Shown here: piece after piece, positions 14,229-25,769 of the stretch
Numbering within the stretch: the stretch's first letter is position 1
How the letters are laid out: every line of letters begins with the position of its first letter
Assembly (NCBI RefSeq): GCF_009834535.1
Contig: NC_045697.1
Location: 114,392,001-114,456,000 of the forward strand
Reading direction: 5' to 3'
DNA: 64,000 nucleotides
DNA from: Camelus ferus
Lineage: Eukaryota
Position numbers and translations under genes: made by a program
The notes under the pieces: generated by a model
The model's database searches: none
What the model saw: the letters and a program-made list of their open reading frames with translations, nothing else
Told to the model about the DNA's origin: nothing

Positions 14229-16098
14229 TAGTCCTAATCTTTTAAATAATGCCCAGCTTGTGGGAGATATATCTGCTACAAAATGTATTTAAAAAAAAAA
14301 CTAAGGAAAATTTATAGAGAGATAATTGCTTCACAACCACAAACAAATCACAGTGTTTAAAATCAAAATCTTATTACATAATTAAATAGATTGAGAATTT
14401 TTGACAACCAATCACTTTAACAGTAATTGTTGATTCTTATTTTTCTTATCTTTGTCCTTTTGTGCAAGAAGCAGCAGTTTACAGTATGATTTAAAATAAA
14501 CGGTATTATAGATAGTTCTGTGATCTGGATGTAACAGTACCCATATTAGTTATCAGCTTTATATTTCTGAATATTCAATGTTTCAGAGAAAGAAATTTAA
14601 GAAGGCTAAAAGAGGTGATTACCAACAAGAAAAGAAGTTGTAAAATATGACCCAATTTTGTTGTCCCTTCAAGGATTTGTTATTTTAATTCTGTTCAATT
14701 AGCAGGGTTTTGGCAAAGGTTGGAGACATATTTTCTTCCTAACAGCATACACTATTAAATGTTAGACAAGGGAATAAAAATACAATTAATAAAGAACTTT
14801 TTTTTTTTGCTCACTGAAGGAACTTTATGCAGAAGTGTGTGAAATCAAAGTTATGTTAGTGAAGCATGTTGACTAGCAATTGCTTATAAATTACTGCTAT
14901 TCCTCCTGCAAATAAATTCTGTTTATCATAAATAACTCTGGTAAACATTTTTAAACTCACATAACCAGTGTTATGCATATTTATACTGACATCATGATTC
15001 ATAAAATCTTTCAATGGGGAAAATGAATTGCAATTTTACTACAGCTTTTATCTAAAAATAATAAACCAGCTCTTGTTCAAAAGAAGATACTGATCCCCTC
15101 CCTGTTTTAGTCATTTCTATTCCACTATGGCATATTTAAGGCTAATTATTTAATTTGAATATGCCTCTGCAAGATCTTTACCAATGAGTCATTGTAAAGA
15201 ATCAGCAGATCTGTACAAGTTTATGGCAGGGGAGATATTTTATTATCTATGCTTCTAGAGTTTATAGCTGTAAGCTCTATTTTGACTTACGGCCAGAAAA
15301 AATCGTGACATCGGAAATAAAGATGATCGTCCATGGATTGCCACTATGTGTGTAAGGCAAACCAGAAGAACTTATATTTTAGAGAGAAACAAGTCAGGAC
15401 AAAGGTAGTTGCAATGATACATTGTAACCTTGGCTTTTTTCTAGGTTAGAGTAATTAGAGGCTGTCTTCTGCCTAATGCTGTAGAATCAATTGCTTGAGA
15501 CGAGGTATCAAAGGCATTAGAAGCTGTGGAAGGACAACGTGTCTTTCAAAGTCATACTACAGTACTCACTCCCGGCTAAGGATGACTTAATTCTCTAGGA
15601 TGTACCTTTGCGTGTCCATTAACTCCTGATGAGGGCGCCGAATCTGTGAATATGCATGTTAACTTGTACATTAAAAAAAAGATGCAAATGACTTCCGTTC
15701 TATAAAAAAGATAGCTACAAAATAATTGCTTGTTGCCCTGTGGGACATTAACGAGTTTTGTGTTTAACTTAACAAACTTATTACCTCATGCTTGAACCAA
15801 GTGATGCAAATCTCTACTCCACCAATGGACTTTGAATTAGCATTACCATCATGCTGGTTCTCTCATGAGACAGATGAACCTTTGCCTCACGTTTATTTCA
15901 CATGGGTATGAGAATTGTTTTAACCTTTTTAAAATTACGCCTCAACAATGTTTTAAGCTCCGAGCATCTAAAGCTTCTTTAATACTCCAGTTTGATACTG
16001 GGATAAAGTATGTTTTTTCACTTTCTGCAATTTAACTGAACAAAAGAAGAAAACATTATTTATACAACTTGGTGATAAAATTAAGTCTTAGGGACAGC

Positions 16099-16123
16099 TT
16101 TTTTTTTTTTTTTTTTTTTTTTT
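16099..16123. repeat. T25 homopolymer
   Basis: 25 consecutive T. Confidence 0.95.
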
Positions 16124-17405
16124 GTGAGAGGAAGGCAGAAGGACCCTAAATATTTTTACTACTTTAAAACATTTAGAGACCTTAACGTAATCCCAGTCCT
16201 AAGAGAGATTTCCACCCATGAAACACTTAAGTCATTGCTGTATTGTTTTCTAGGTAACAGGCTGCTGGCAAGACATAAAATAGCTCTAATTCACAACCTT
16301 CTTATTTACAAGGGAAATAAAAGACATTTCAGCAACTTGCCTTACAAATGTGTAGAAAAATTATGTTAAAGGGCATATACGTCTTTTGATTAACAAGTAA
16401 ATAGTAGCAATTTAATAAGATTTTGTTCACTTTCCCTCCCAGAAGCTTTTAAGCTATTCCTCTCGTCCTCGCTTAAATTCCCTTCTTCATTTGCTAATAA
16501 ATTGTATCTTATTATATTTGAATATTTTAGTAATCAAAAAACTGAAAAAGTTTTCAAATATATTAGAAGAAATATATATAACTCCACTGACTATGTCATT
16601 GGAGTATGTAATATTCACCTTATAGCTAAAAAACACAAAACAATTGAAAGGAAAATATTTTGCATATCTCAGACCCTTAATGTCAAATACATAAAATATA
16701 CTTTTCTTGACACAAATTCAGGGTAGAATATATAAGCTACAATGTGTAGAAGAATAGTCAAAATAACACAATTACATTAACCAAAAAAGATATGCATGGT
16801 CATGTACACAGGGTAATGTAATTTACCTAGAAATTTACTTAGGAAAGAAGTTGTTTGTCTTTAAATGATGTAAATTTTCAGGACTTGGAAAAAGTACATA
16901 CTGATATCTAAATTGTACTTTTAACATTGTTGTCATGTTTAGTTGACTCTATTTTCCTTAAAAAAAAACGCCCCAATGCAGTGAAATGTCCCAAGAAGTT
17001 AAAGGGTGTTGTTTTTACTGAAGTTAGAGATGATCTTGCCACATCCTAAAATAAGTCTTATATGAACCAGCTATAGCCTCAACATATTTCTAAATTGGAG
17101 GAAAGTTTAAATGAGAAACACTAAGACAGAATAAATCAAGACTCAAAGGGGTGGCTTCTCTGAATTCCTACTTAAATGATATACTGAAATATCTTATACA
17201 GTTTGCTTTAATTACCACATTTATTCAGGCATCAGTTCAAATTTGAAACTATACTTATTAAATAAGTAGTTATGATATACTTTCAAAATGTTAATTTGTT
17301 ATTGAAGTTGTCAAGTCAAAGTGCTGTTGTAATTGTACACACCAAAGAAGGCTACGTGGCATTTTGAATCCTAGTCATATTGTTAAATAAATATACGAAC
17401 ATAGC

Positions 17406-17547
17406 TCTTTTAATAAGCTATAATGGAAGAGAATCTGAAAACAAAAAGTCCATATATGTATGTTTATGTATAACTGAATCACTTTGCTCTACACCTGAAA
17501 CTAACATTGTCGATCAATTACACTGCAATAAAAATTAAAAAAAAAAA
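17406..17547 (+). mobile_element. Short L1 3'-end fragment with poly(A)
   Basis: gtataactgaatcactttgctctacacctgaaactaacattgtcgatcaattacactgcaataaaa plus an A tail. Possible TSD gaacatagc / gaatatagc. Confidence 0.8.
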
Positions 17548-18867
17548 GAATATAGCATCAAGCACCAAATCAGTGTTACGAGTCCTGAGTACTATGATAG
17601 AGGAACAGATAATGAATTGGTGGACTAAAAACATTAATGAGGAAGTTCGGACTTTAGACTTGGAGGGTGAGAAGAAACAGAAACATTTGGAAACTTTAAC
17701 TGTAGGGATATTCTCAAGAAGGTGCAAACAGACTAACGATATTCAGGGGACACAGAACTGACCACCTCCGTTGCTGTACTGCTCTCAGGATAAGGTGCTA
17801 GTGAGGAATGAGGTTTTCCTGACTAGATCAATACAGAAAAAGGATCTGATCAGTTATTAACTTGGACTGTAAGGCATGTATTTAAGTTTTGCCAATTGGT
17901 TTGTCATTAAGCAAATGTGTTATGGAAATGCTTGGAATGATGTGGCATGGAATTTTGTATCAGATTCCTCTTAAGAGAACAGAAGCCAACAGCAAGAGAG
18001 GGTCTGTTTTTTTCACAAGTGTCTTTGAAGCAACTCTGTCAACAGATGAGGAAATAGCAAGAACAAAATATGACTTCAAGGCTTCAGTCTTAGTGGCTCA
18101 AAGAATGATAGAATTATCGGTAAAGAAAGGAAGAATCTTGTGAGTGGGTTTCTTGCTCAAAATAGAATATGACGTCCACACAAATATTCTGACTTTGATG
18201 TGTTACAGTGACATCCTGTTGAAAGTAGTTTGAAGACACAAGATGTATTATCTGTCTCTAAAAATCGTACCTAACCAAAGTGTAAAATGATTCATACCTC
18301 CCATCGCTGTTATTTACTGTTTTGGAGCTCCTTCAAGTTTCCAGTTATAATTTGAGATCACCAATCCTGAGAGTCAGCTGTATGCTAAGGAATCCACTTC
18401 TATCATCTCATACTCCTTATGGGAAAGAAGTCGCCTTCCCCAGCTGTCAGACAAGAGAGGCTCGAAGGAAGTAGGTAACTTCAAGGGCTGAGCTGAGCTG
18501 TGGGGTCATAGACACTGATTGGCTCAAAAATCCAAAATGAAAGTAACATACAAGCCTTTAGTCACTGAGTACAACCATGTAAGCAAAAGGCTACATTAGA
18601 GAAAGGGCTGAGCTCCCACTGTTCCTGATTACTTGTGAAATAGCACCAGTCCAGGGTCAGGTGGGTCACTTATGGCTAAGAGACGCTAAACAAAAGGACC
18701 ATGCAGTTTTATGGACTTGGGGGAGGAGAGGAGGAAGAGTAAGGGTTAGGAGAGCAAAATACTAAATAGTGAGGCTGGGTGGAAGAAAGTGTCTCTACCC
18801 CCCACCCCATAAAGAGGGCTCAGGAAAGCATCTACCATATGTAGGTCCTGATGAAGACACCTCCTAG

Positions 18868-19387
18868 TGTTACCAAGTCCAAACTTGTTTTGCTCACCCC
18901 ACGGCAGTCCAATAAGTTGGGACATGAGGTGTTGGGGCAATGACTAATGACTTTATTCAGAAAGCCAGCAGACCAAGAAGATGGGAGATTCACATCCTGG
19001 AGAATCATCTTCCCCAAGACAGAATTCAGGCTCCTTTTATACTGAAAAGGAGAGGGGGTGTGGTTGGTTGTTGCAAGCTTCTTGGTGTCGGAATCCTTTG
19101 TTCTTGCAGCTGTTCAAGTAGGTCAGATTGCGGTGTCCCTGCAAACCTCCAACAAGACAAATGTTACTCCCTGTTCTGCAACTTTTTATCTGTATGTGTA
19201 TGGGAAAGTGTTACACCCTTAAAGGTCAGAGCCTTGAGAATGGGCTGCCCTGTATATTTCAGGCCACAGGCAACATTCTTTTACAAAAGGAGCAGAACCA
19301 GCGTGACTGAGCACCGGAAACACAGCACAGGGTTAGAGCTGAAGGAAAAGATCTAATATGGAGTCAGATTTGCTTTTCCCTGTTACA
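18868..19387 (-). mobile_element. ERV1-type solo LTR (520 bp)
   Basis: TG..CA termini and an exact 4-bp TSD CTAG (18864-18867, 19388-19391). On the minus strand: TATA-like gtataaaa near 19035-19042 and AATAAA at 18952-18957. Confidence 0.9.
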
Positions 19388-22300
19388 CTAGTGGAGGTAC
19401 TTGGGCTGCTAATGCGGTTGACATAAGAGCACAGCTGGTCTGGGCATCCCGGGTCCTTGACTGCTACTTGCCTCAAAGATGGCGAGGCATTGGCTTTGCA
19501 CTAAGTCTGGCGTGAAAAAGGCAGCTTTCAGCCGTGAGGCTTGCCCAGTAAAGCCTCCGTAACTGCCTGTGGTCAGGCCTGAAAGATCACATGTAGGTGT
19601 TTGACCAGGAGCCAGACTTCTCAATAATTTTGGCACCAACTGATTCAAATCAAAACTTAAACCTGTTGGGCTTGAAAAAAAAATTGTATTTCCTTCTGCT
19701 CAAAGATACTGGTCTCATTAAAAACATTTTTAGTAAATGACTTGTAACTTTGCAGATGTTCCTGTAATCATTTGTAATTTTTTCTATTTCTTATTAATAC
19801 AATATATGTTTGGAAATGTTTGTTGTAACTTGGGATAGAAACTAGTGGTGGGGCTAGAGATTTGGTCTTCTAGGCCCAGAGGCCACTTAGAAAAAGAAGA
19901 GGGCAGAAATTCCTTGCACTGGGATTTCTGTTAGACAATCAGAGAGTTCTGCTTGCCTGAATGTACCATAAATGTCACCGATCTCCAGAAATTAAACAAA
20001 CTTAGATTTGACTAATTTTCATTGAAATAATTTCTACTCTGCCTGTGCTGCTTCACTAAATGCCAAACTCTGTTCACTGGTGGGGTTTCTTCTTTCCTAT
20101 TTTATAACCATATCATAAATACCAAAGTGATATCTGCATGGGAAGCTTCCAGGAAATATTATTGAATCGAATATGCTAAGCAGTCAATGGAATATAGAGT
20201 TTTGCTGGAGATCAGTGACTTTTTCTGTCCATCTAGCTGCAGAATAGCATGACTGTCCCTTAGCAGTCTGGAATCCCGGTTTTAGAAATGAGTAAGTAAG
20301 TGACAAATTGTAATCTCAGGCTTGAGATAGGCAAGGCCAACCTGATAGGAAGTTTCAAGGAATAAATTACTAATTAGAAGCGGAGGTTTCAGGGTGAGAT
20401 GCATTGTAAAATTCAAACTTAAACTTCATCAGGATCTAACGTTACACTTAACGGAGTAAAGTGATTTCAAATGTCCTTTTTGGCATCTCTCCACACATTA
20501 AAACTAATATAGCTCTCATTCATCTTTGGTTAAGCTGAGAAAGTAAAATAATTATATGCTGATATTATGTTATATATACTAACTTTACTTAGGCATTGTT
20601 TTAAACGTGGAATTTCCATTCATGTTTCCTGTAAGCAGTTTTATCCCTGCAGTCATATTTGTGCTCAGACTATGACATTTATACCATGAGAAAATCTTTA
20701 GAGTCATCAGTGAGTCATTGATTTTTTTATTGTTTTGTTACAATTTCCCCAAACTAAAATATTCTCCATATCTCAAAACAGACATTATAGATTTTCAAAA
20801 CAAATCTGTAAAATTTAAAAAAATATATATGTTAGTGGAATTCACATTTTGGGGTGCCTATCCCATGAGAGACACAGTACTAATGTGTTGGATTAAACTG
20901 GCTCATTCAAACATGATAAAAATCTTGTGGGAAAGGTGCTTTTTTCCTTATTTATGCATGAGAAAATGAGGCTATGAGACTGATTAACCAGAGTCATATA
21001 AAGGAAGCTATAAATGAAGCCAGAAATGAAGCCAGGTTTGTTGGTTCCAAAGTCCAACCATTGTGTGTGTAGAAATGTTTCCAGGCATGTCTAACTCTGC
21101 CTTTTGTATTAGGTTTGAATTAAAAAATGAGTTATTTTTGTCATGTCGCTCTCATAAAACTATTCCAAAGCCCATGTTGAAGATAGTATCCAGAGAAATT
21201 CAATTTTTCCTTACTAATAATTTGTGTTTCAAATATGAAATCATGCTTTTTTATATGTAGAGCAGAAGTGCTGTTAGTTTAGTCAAATTCACTTAAATTC
21301 TCCAGAAAAATATTTGATAATATCCAAAGTTATCATGTCAGAAATCAACGGGCTCTCCACTACCTATCAGTATAGCAATAAAAATTAAAATACAGTGAAT
21401 TATCAAAAATTAATTCCATATCATTAACCCTTATGATTTTTGAGCTTCTGTATTTTCCACCAAGGCATCTGAAGAAAAGACATTTTCTAAAATGATGGTG
21501 GAATACTGGTATTAAAAACTGGTAAACATAGAAACTGGTCAATTTAGCAAGACTTTAAATTTGCATGTGATTAAAAAGTACTTTCCAGAAGGCTGTTTGT
21601 TATTGCCTTATCTGCTGGATATTTCATTCTGCTACTCTATGGGTGAAAATTACCGCGTGCTATTCACAATCACAGAAGAGTTAGAATGGCAAACTGGTAC
21701 CCCCAGCGCCAGCTGCAGCTGCTGTCATGCTGGCCAGAGGCCCCACGCCGCTCACGTGTTATTCACCACTCCACCTGCTTCTCTGTTTTTTTCTCATCTC
21801 GACAGCATAGGACTACGGCATAGCATTGGCAGTAAAATTCTTTGCACAGAAAATATACCCAAATTCAACAATGTTTAGAGAAGGAAAACTGATACAGATG
21901 AAAAAAATATGCACTAAAGTGCAAAAACAGATTAGGAAAGAGAATTCTTGACTTTACAATAGCAAGACTCTGCTCTAGATGTTTACCTTGCTGCAGAGTA
22001 CTAGGTGACATTTTGGTGATATTTTATTTTCTCATGGAATGCAAAGTTTTCTATTTTGAAAGAGAGGTCTACTAGCACTTTAATATAATGAGCATACAAA
22101 AAGTAATGAATTTACATAGAAGGATGAAAGTTCTTAATGCGTTATGGTTAAAAAAATTAGACACCTATTGTCGTAAATGTGTACCTCTGTTTATAACATA
22201 AAGCAACTTTTAATGGGTATTTATTTTTGAGAATCAAAAAAGTGCATTATATAGTCATTAACTTTGAAGTGCACATCGTTTTATGTTTTCTAATTATTCT

Positions 22301-23690
22301 CTAAATTATTATATCAGACGATCTCTTAAATTTCAGTCTTTAAGGCAAATTGCATTGACATATCTATGGATACATTCATCCAGAGAAAATTTAAAATATC
22401 AAAATAAAAGTGCTTATCTCTGGATTTCCAAATCAGGAGTCATGGAGGCTTTCAAAATTTAGCATGCGGTCTTATTGATTTAAGAAAAAAAAAAAAAAAA
22501 GCAAATTTAGTGCATAAATTTTGGAGTAGAGGCCCACACTTCAACTTGGCAGGAATAGGAAATTCAAAATAGGAATAGAATGATTGTTGTTATTTTTTAG
22601 TAATTGCTTCAAATGCACTTTGTCACTTGGTAATAGCCATCTTATCTCATGTGAGGAAGCTTTTATTTTCCCCATTGTCTCTTTTTATATAAAAATAGTA
22701 TGTAACCAGTAGTGGAAATGTTCACTTTTGTCCATCCATCCCTATAATCTTTTTCATCACTTAAAATTTCTCTTGAAAACTTAATTGCCTAAGAGCCTAT
22801 GTGAATTTAATTAAAGACAAATAATTTGAAATATATAAACAAGTCCTTGGGAGTTTTCCCATTTTAGATGTCTCAAATACATGAAATTATAACTCTCTGG
22901 CCAGTGAATGCAAGATATTCTGCACAACCCTGTTCTTCATTAGAGATCCCAGTTAATGAAGAAAAGTAATAGACTTAAGGGAAACAAACAGATATTTGTC
23001 ATTGACTTAATGACTTGAATTATCATATCATGCCAGAAATCAGTCATTTTAGGTATGAAATACACAATACCATGATTTTATTATTTTTATTTTATAAACA
23101 ATGTGTCACTGTAAAAAAAGGAATGTACTGGTGAAAGCTGAACCTAAAACTAATGTAGAGTAAAATAGTTATCAAAAATTAAATACCAAATGGTTTTATT
23201 GATAATGTAACAAACACTTCACTGTTAAATTTTAACAAGCAATCAACAACAGATGATCCATTTAATCAATATGAATGTAATTAATTTGACAAACAACAAT
23301 AATCATCATATAATTTATGAAGATTTAAAATGTAATACTTCAAATTTAACAATTTTAAATACATGATCATTTGGTAGTCATTTATTTAGTCTAATTCCAA
23401 ATAAACACGAAATAACAACTAGAATGTATGGAATGAATATATTTTTATGAATAGTGTTAATTAAAAAATAATTAAAAAAAACAAAATTGACCTTATAATC
23501 ATATTTTTTGTTATTTATGTTTGTGCACTTGACAATGAGACGACAATGGTGTTCATGAATATCATAATTTCTAATTGGATTCAATATATTATAAAATAAA
23601 AATTGGGCCAAAAAGTTTAGAAAATTCCCATAGTCAAAAATCAGTACCAGGGACATTGTGTGGACATTAATTTAAAAAAATCAGTACCAG

Positions 23691-25424
23691 GGACCTCGTC
23701 AGACTGAGTAGCCAAGGCACTGTCTGTGTCCTGCCACAGCATCGGGGTGACTCCTGGCCACCCTGGAGAGTAAGCTAAGAGCATCTTGCAGTGTGGCCAC
23801 TCCTTGGGGCCAGGAGCCAGGAAGCTGAGGGCAAGGAACCCCAGGACCCGAGCTTAGTGTCTTCCAGCTGCCCCAACCATCATGACCCACTTCAACAAGG
23901 GCCCTTCCTATGGGCTCTCTGCCAAGGTCAAGAAAATCTGCTTCTAAGTATAATCATCAGGCAGAAGAAGATCTTCACAGTTGGGTAGAGGAGGTGACAG
24001 GCATGAGCTTTGGCATTAACTTTCAGCTGGGCTTAAAGGATGGCATCATCCTCTGAGAGCTCATGACCAAGCCACAGCCAGGCTCAGTGAAGATGGTCAA
24101 TGAGTCCTCAGTAAACTAGCCTCAGTTGGAGAATACTGGCAATTTTATTAAAGCTATTCAGGCTTATGGTATGAAGCCACATGACATATTTGGAGCAAAT
24201 GATCTTTTTGAGAATGGAAACATAACTCAGGTTCAGAGTATCCTGGTGGTCCTAGCAGATCTGGCTAAAACAAAAGGATTACATGCAACCATTGACATTG
24301 GAGTTAAGTATGTAGAAAAATAAAGATGTTTTGATGAAGGAAAATTAAAAGTTGGCCAAAGTATGGTCGGTTTGCCAATGGGAACCAACAGATGTTCAAA
24401 GCCAAGCAGGCATGATAGCCTATGGAATTGGGAAGCATCTTTATGATCCCCAAATGCAAACTGACATATCTTTTCTGATCAGGCCATGATTAGCATGCAG
24501 ATAGAGGCCAAAAAAGGAGCCAGCCAGGCAGGAGTGTTAGCACTGGGTACCCCAAGAGACAACTATGATCAGAATCTAACATTACAACCAGTGGGCAGCT
24601 CGAGAATTTCTCTACAGATGGGTACCAACAAAATCACTTCCCAGAAAGGAATGAGTGTGTAAAGCTTGGGCAGCAAGTATATGATCTCAAATACTGTGCT
24701 GCTCCCACAGAACCTGTCATTCACAATGGAAGCCAAGGAACAGGAACAAAAGGGTAGGAAATCAGTGGTAATGATTACCAGGCAGAATACGCAAATGAAT
24801 AACATGGAAAATACCAAGATGTCTACCCCAAAGATTACCAATATGGCGACCAAGGCACTGATGCTCAGTTTCACATAGAGAAGCTCAGTATTTAGCCTAT
24901 TGTTTTAATTCAGTGAGAACCCAGCTAGCCTTGAGCAATTTTTATCTTGTCTTCCTAAAACATTATTATGCTTATTATACCTAAAAGGGATATTGCCTTA
25001 CATACATTCCTTTTTCCTTTTTCTGCCTCTTCCCTAAATAGTTGCCATCTAGTGCTGTAACTGTTAACTTCTACAGCATAACCCTAACTCACATATAAAG
25101 TCAAAGGAATACTGTGAAAGGGGAGTACTCTTGAACAGACAGTGCTTTTATTAAAGATCTATGCATTTTTACAATCCTCTACTTAAACTGGTATTTTCAA
25201 ATAATAGGAAGCTTTTTTTTTTCTCTTTCTTTCTTTTTTTGTTTTTTTTTTAAAGTTTAGTATCCGGTTTTTACATGGAAGACTAAACTCATACTTATAT
25301 CTAAATGTGGTCTTTGCCAGCTAAATTAAAGATGCATTTTAGAAATTTACACATCAATGTTTCTAAAGTATCATTTGCTAATTTTTAAATAAAGTCTTAA
25401 CCAGTGTGCAAAAAGAAAAAAAAA
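23691..25424 (+). pseudogene. CNN3: Processed (retro)pseudogene of calponin 3, near full-length mRNA copy
   Basis: Intronless. About 190 nt of GC-rich 5'UTR, then ATG at 23882 ([17 protein letters not shown]), CH domain ([29 protein letters not shown]), calponin repeats (ISLQMGTNK) and an acidic tail (DYQYGDQG) ending near 24868. A 3'UTR follows with AATAAA at 25388-25393 and poly(A) at 25410-25424. TSD aaaaaaatcagtaccag (23674-23690) / aaaaaaatcagtgctag (25418-25434). Disabled by a frameshift near 23933-23939 and stops at 24054, 24117 and 24321. Confidence 0.96.
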
Positions 25425-25769
25425 TCAGTGCTAGATATAACCCAAAGTACAACTGTGTGTATTTAAACATAATTTTAACTACTCCTTCTTGTGCTTGATA
25501 TGTCTTTTGAGGATATTAGAAAACTCTAGAAATAAAACTAGGATGAGACTGAGATTTTCTACCTCAGAAATCTATTCATAAATCTAAACAAATAAATCTT
25601 TAGTTGCTGATATAAATATCTCCCCTATTGAAGACATAAGTGCATTAGTTAGATGCATTCTTACTTGACACTTTGTTGAAACTTCTCCATTATTTTGCCC
25701 TGAGATTGTTGAACCCTGACATTGTTCTTTTATTTCCTATCTCTCAGCATTTATTTCTTTTTAAGAAGC

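Noticed and set aside
18746..19356. 138-aa and neighbouring ORFs
   Set aside because: They lie largely within a solo LTR and show no recognisable protein similarity.
23636..23694. CRISPR-like repeat-spacer-repeat
   Set aside because: There are only two copies, in a mammalian context with no cas genes. They are explained by the retrocopy junction.
24126..24323. 65-aa calponin-like ORF as a functional gene
   Set aside because: It is a fragment between premature stops in the CNN3 pseudogene and starts at TTG, not ATG.
24569..24878. ORFs 24666-24878 (+) and 24569-24874 (-)
   Set aside because: They are off-frame and antisense readings of the pseudogene's 3' CDS.
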